From NCBI RefSeq assembly GCF_009914755.1, contig NC_060925.1: DNA of 64,000 nt; one strand, written 5' to 3'. The position numbers and the translations under genes were made by a program. Below, piece by piece: positions 48,535-64,000 of the stretch. Under the pieces are notes generated by a model. The model did not search any database. It was not told the DNA's origin and worked only from the letters and a program-made list of their open reading frames with translations. Source of the stretch: the human T2T-CHM13v2.0 reference genome, Homo sapiens. Numbering within the stretch: the stretch's first letter is position 1; each line of letters begins with the position of its first letter.

Positions 48535-48947
48535 GGCTGGGACATGGTTTGTTTGTCCCCACCAAAACTCGTGTTGAAATTTGATCCCCCATGTGGTGGT
48601 GCTGAGAGGTGGGCCTAGTGGGAGGTGTCTGGATCATGGGGGGGATCCCTCATGAATGGCTTGGTGTAAGACTGGATTAGTTCCTGTCGGAAAGGATTAG
48701 TTCCAGTGAGAGTGGGTTGTTTATGAAGCTGAGACATCCCTCAGGTTCTCCCTCTTCACATGTGTTCACTTCCCTTTTGACCTTCCCTACCATGTTATGT
48801 TGCAGCATGGAAGCTCTCACCAGAGGCCAGGGCCATGCCCTTGAACTTCCCAGCCTGCAGAATTGTGAGCCAAATAAACCTCTTTTGTTTATAAATTACC
48901 CAGTCTCAAGTGTTCTGTTATGGCAACACAAAATAGACCAAGATCAC
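48535..48947. mobile_element. MST-family (MaLR) LTR
   Basis: tggtttgtttgtccccaccaaaactcgtgttgaaatttgatcccc…ataaattacccagtctcaag. Confidence 0.85.
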
Positions 48948-49009
48948 ATGGTTTCACAGAGTCTGGAGCAGTGATTTGCTTCTGAGGTTAATTTTATAAT
49001 ACAAACCTA

Positions 49010-57814
<8,805 letters not shown>

Positions 57815-58704
57815 TAATTAAGCACCTTCCCCCTAAAGGTAACCTGAACTTCATGGTTCAAAAAGGTCACATTTCACAGACATGTTTGGGAAGCATTAAT
57901 ACAGCTATTTTAAGTTGTAATAATAAAGACCGTATCACTCTTTTGAAAGCAGTAAAGATGGGTATGACACAACGGATCATCATTAGTGGAGTCTGGACTC
58001 TGCGTCAGGTACTCCATCTTCATTCTCTCTAATCCTTACAGCAACCTAACAAGGTAGGACTATTAATCGTACTTTAAGGTAAATTTACTCATTTTACAGA
58101 CAAGGAATCTAGGATCCAGAGGGGTTAATACTCCCCTAGTAATAAGTGGCAGTGCTGGGATTCAAACTCAGCCCCGTTTGACTTCAAAGTCCCTGCCATT
58201 CCCATTTGGTCCTCTTTTATCCTGGTTATGCCTAGGGATTGTCACTGGGTAGGTTCTGCTTTGTGAAGAACTAATTAGGAATTGAACTTGGATGGCACTG
58301 TCAACTTTCACAGCGAGCTTTGTACAGTAAACTGTGACAAGAACCTGACAGCTCCATGGGGTAGGTTTCTTGGCAGAGTATCTAGGAGGGAGACCAGAGT
58401 AATCTCAGCTATTATGAAGCTCTGCCCTGTCTGTGGAGAGTTTTAAATGTCCATGAAAGACAACGGTTAAGGGACCTGAGAGGGTCTGGAAACTCTTTAC
58501 CTTCAATATGGAGACCTATACATGGAAAAATTCTCTTGCTAGAAAGGGAAGGATGGATGTGGCAAGAATGCAAGTGGACAGCAGCCCTTCAGGCCCACGG
58601 AAGGAAGCCAGGTTCAGCTGCTAACGAACAGCTCAGAACAATGTCAACAACCAGGAGCTGGGGCCATGGAGAGTTGAAAGAAACAGCACTATAGCAGGCG
58701 GTTA

Positions 58705-58822
58705 AGTCTGCCAGATTTAGCAAATCAAAACATACAATGCCCAGCTAAATTTGAATTTCAGATAAACAACGAATTATTTTCTAGTGTAAGTATGCCCACG
58801 CACCATTTTATCTGGCAACCTC
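58705..58822. mobile_element. MER53-like palindromic DNA transposon
   Basis: gccagatttagcaaa…aaatttgaatttcagataaacaacgaa…ttatctggcaacc. Confidence 0.7.
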
Positions 58823-59267
58823 AGCAGGGGGTGACTTCCTGGGCTGCATTTGGAGACTAACAGTAGGGAGCACTCCCTCCATGAGGCCTTGGGACAATGT
58901 ATACAGGATGGGTCATACTGTGGGTGGATGTCAGTGTAGAAAGTGAACTTGGGAAAGCTTATTGTCTTAATAGGGAGCCATGCAGCCCCTAAGTCCTCAC
59001 ATTGCAACCTAGGGAGGGACAAACCATCTGAGACTGCAAGAGAGGTAAATGAATTTTTAGGCTGAGGTGACTTAGAAATTTTCATCATTGAGATAAAGGC
59101 TTCACACTTAAGGTTTGATCTGTTCTTCAATTAAACTTCTTATTAATAATATAATTGGAAGCAGTCTATGAAAAAAGTTCTTAATAGGATAACTTGTCTG
59201 GTATTTCAGATATTCTCATAAATGTTAGGAATGAGGCAGGCTGTATGAGAATTCACTTTCTTTTTCA

Positions 59268-63288
<4,021 letters not shown>

Positions 63289-64000
63289 AATCCATATTTT
63301 TCAACAAAGTACAAATACAGAGAAAGAATCTGTAGATTATAAGAGATTTAAGGGGCACATCAATCATCTATTTGACTCCTATGATACATACTAAATTATC
63401 TACAGATGAAATAATGCAGGCTGGGATTTGCTTCAAAATAATTCAAATCGGTGAGGTAGAAGTGAGTAGAGTATAGAGGGAACCCAATATTGGTCATGAG
63501 TCAGTAATTTCTAAAGATGGGTACAAGGGGTTCATTGTTTTATTCTATTTTTCTACATGATAATTTCCATGTAACTGGATGAGATCACCTAATAAAAAGG
63601 TACAGCAAATGATCAGGGACAGGAGAAAAAACAGACAAGACCACCATTACCTCAGAGGTTATATTCTTTGGGGAGGAACTGGACAATAAGCAAGTGAACA
63701 AATGATAGATGTAAATCAATGTGATAAAAAGGTGATGTGAAATCAATGTGATAAAGTGTGCATGGAGATAGCATTACAGTGACCAGAAGCATCTCCATGA
63801 GGCAGTAATCTTTGCAGTTGATTGACAGGAGCCAAGCAGATATGAATAGCGTTGCTTTTAAAATCCTTTCCATTCTACTTTTCTACTTATAAACAAATCT
63901 AAATTCATGGCCATAAGTACTCTATTCTAAGGAAAATATTTTAACTTAAAAGCTTTTGCTCCCATCCTCCCCATTTCTTTTTTAACTGCAAATGTTGAGG

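Overview
Human-like (primate) genomic DNA that is extremely Alu-rich. The only intact protein-coding sequence I can support is coding exon 1 of SDE2 on the minus strand (ATG at 3226, donor after 3107), with its CpG-island promoter at about 3000-3900. From recall of the locus (chr1q42.12), the rest is the roughly 60 kb interval between SDE2 and H3-3A (H3F3A); H3-3A itself is not in the window. Almost all ORFs in the supplied track are Alu-derived. Other repeats are MLT1/MST and MLT2 LTRs, old L1 and L2, MIR, MER5A, MER53 and a Tigger1 fragment. The main unexplained signal lies in the unique islands between repeats: a series of minus-strand segments bounded by splice signals, from about 34.1 kb down to 6.2 kb and possibly starting near 58.5 kb. 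Spliced and translated by hand, they give up to four stretches with RGS-domain helix motifs, broken by stops (mostly TGA), dead splice sites and Alu insertions. I interpret this as the decayed remnant (unitary pseudogene) of a multi-RGS-domain gene of the RGS22/RGSL1 type. This rests on manual motif reading and needs an HMM and synteny search to confirm.
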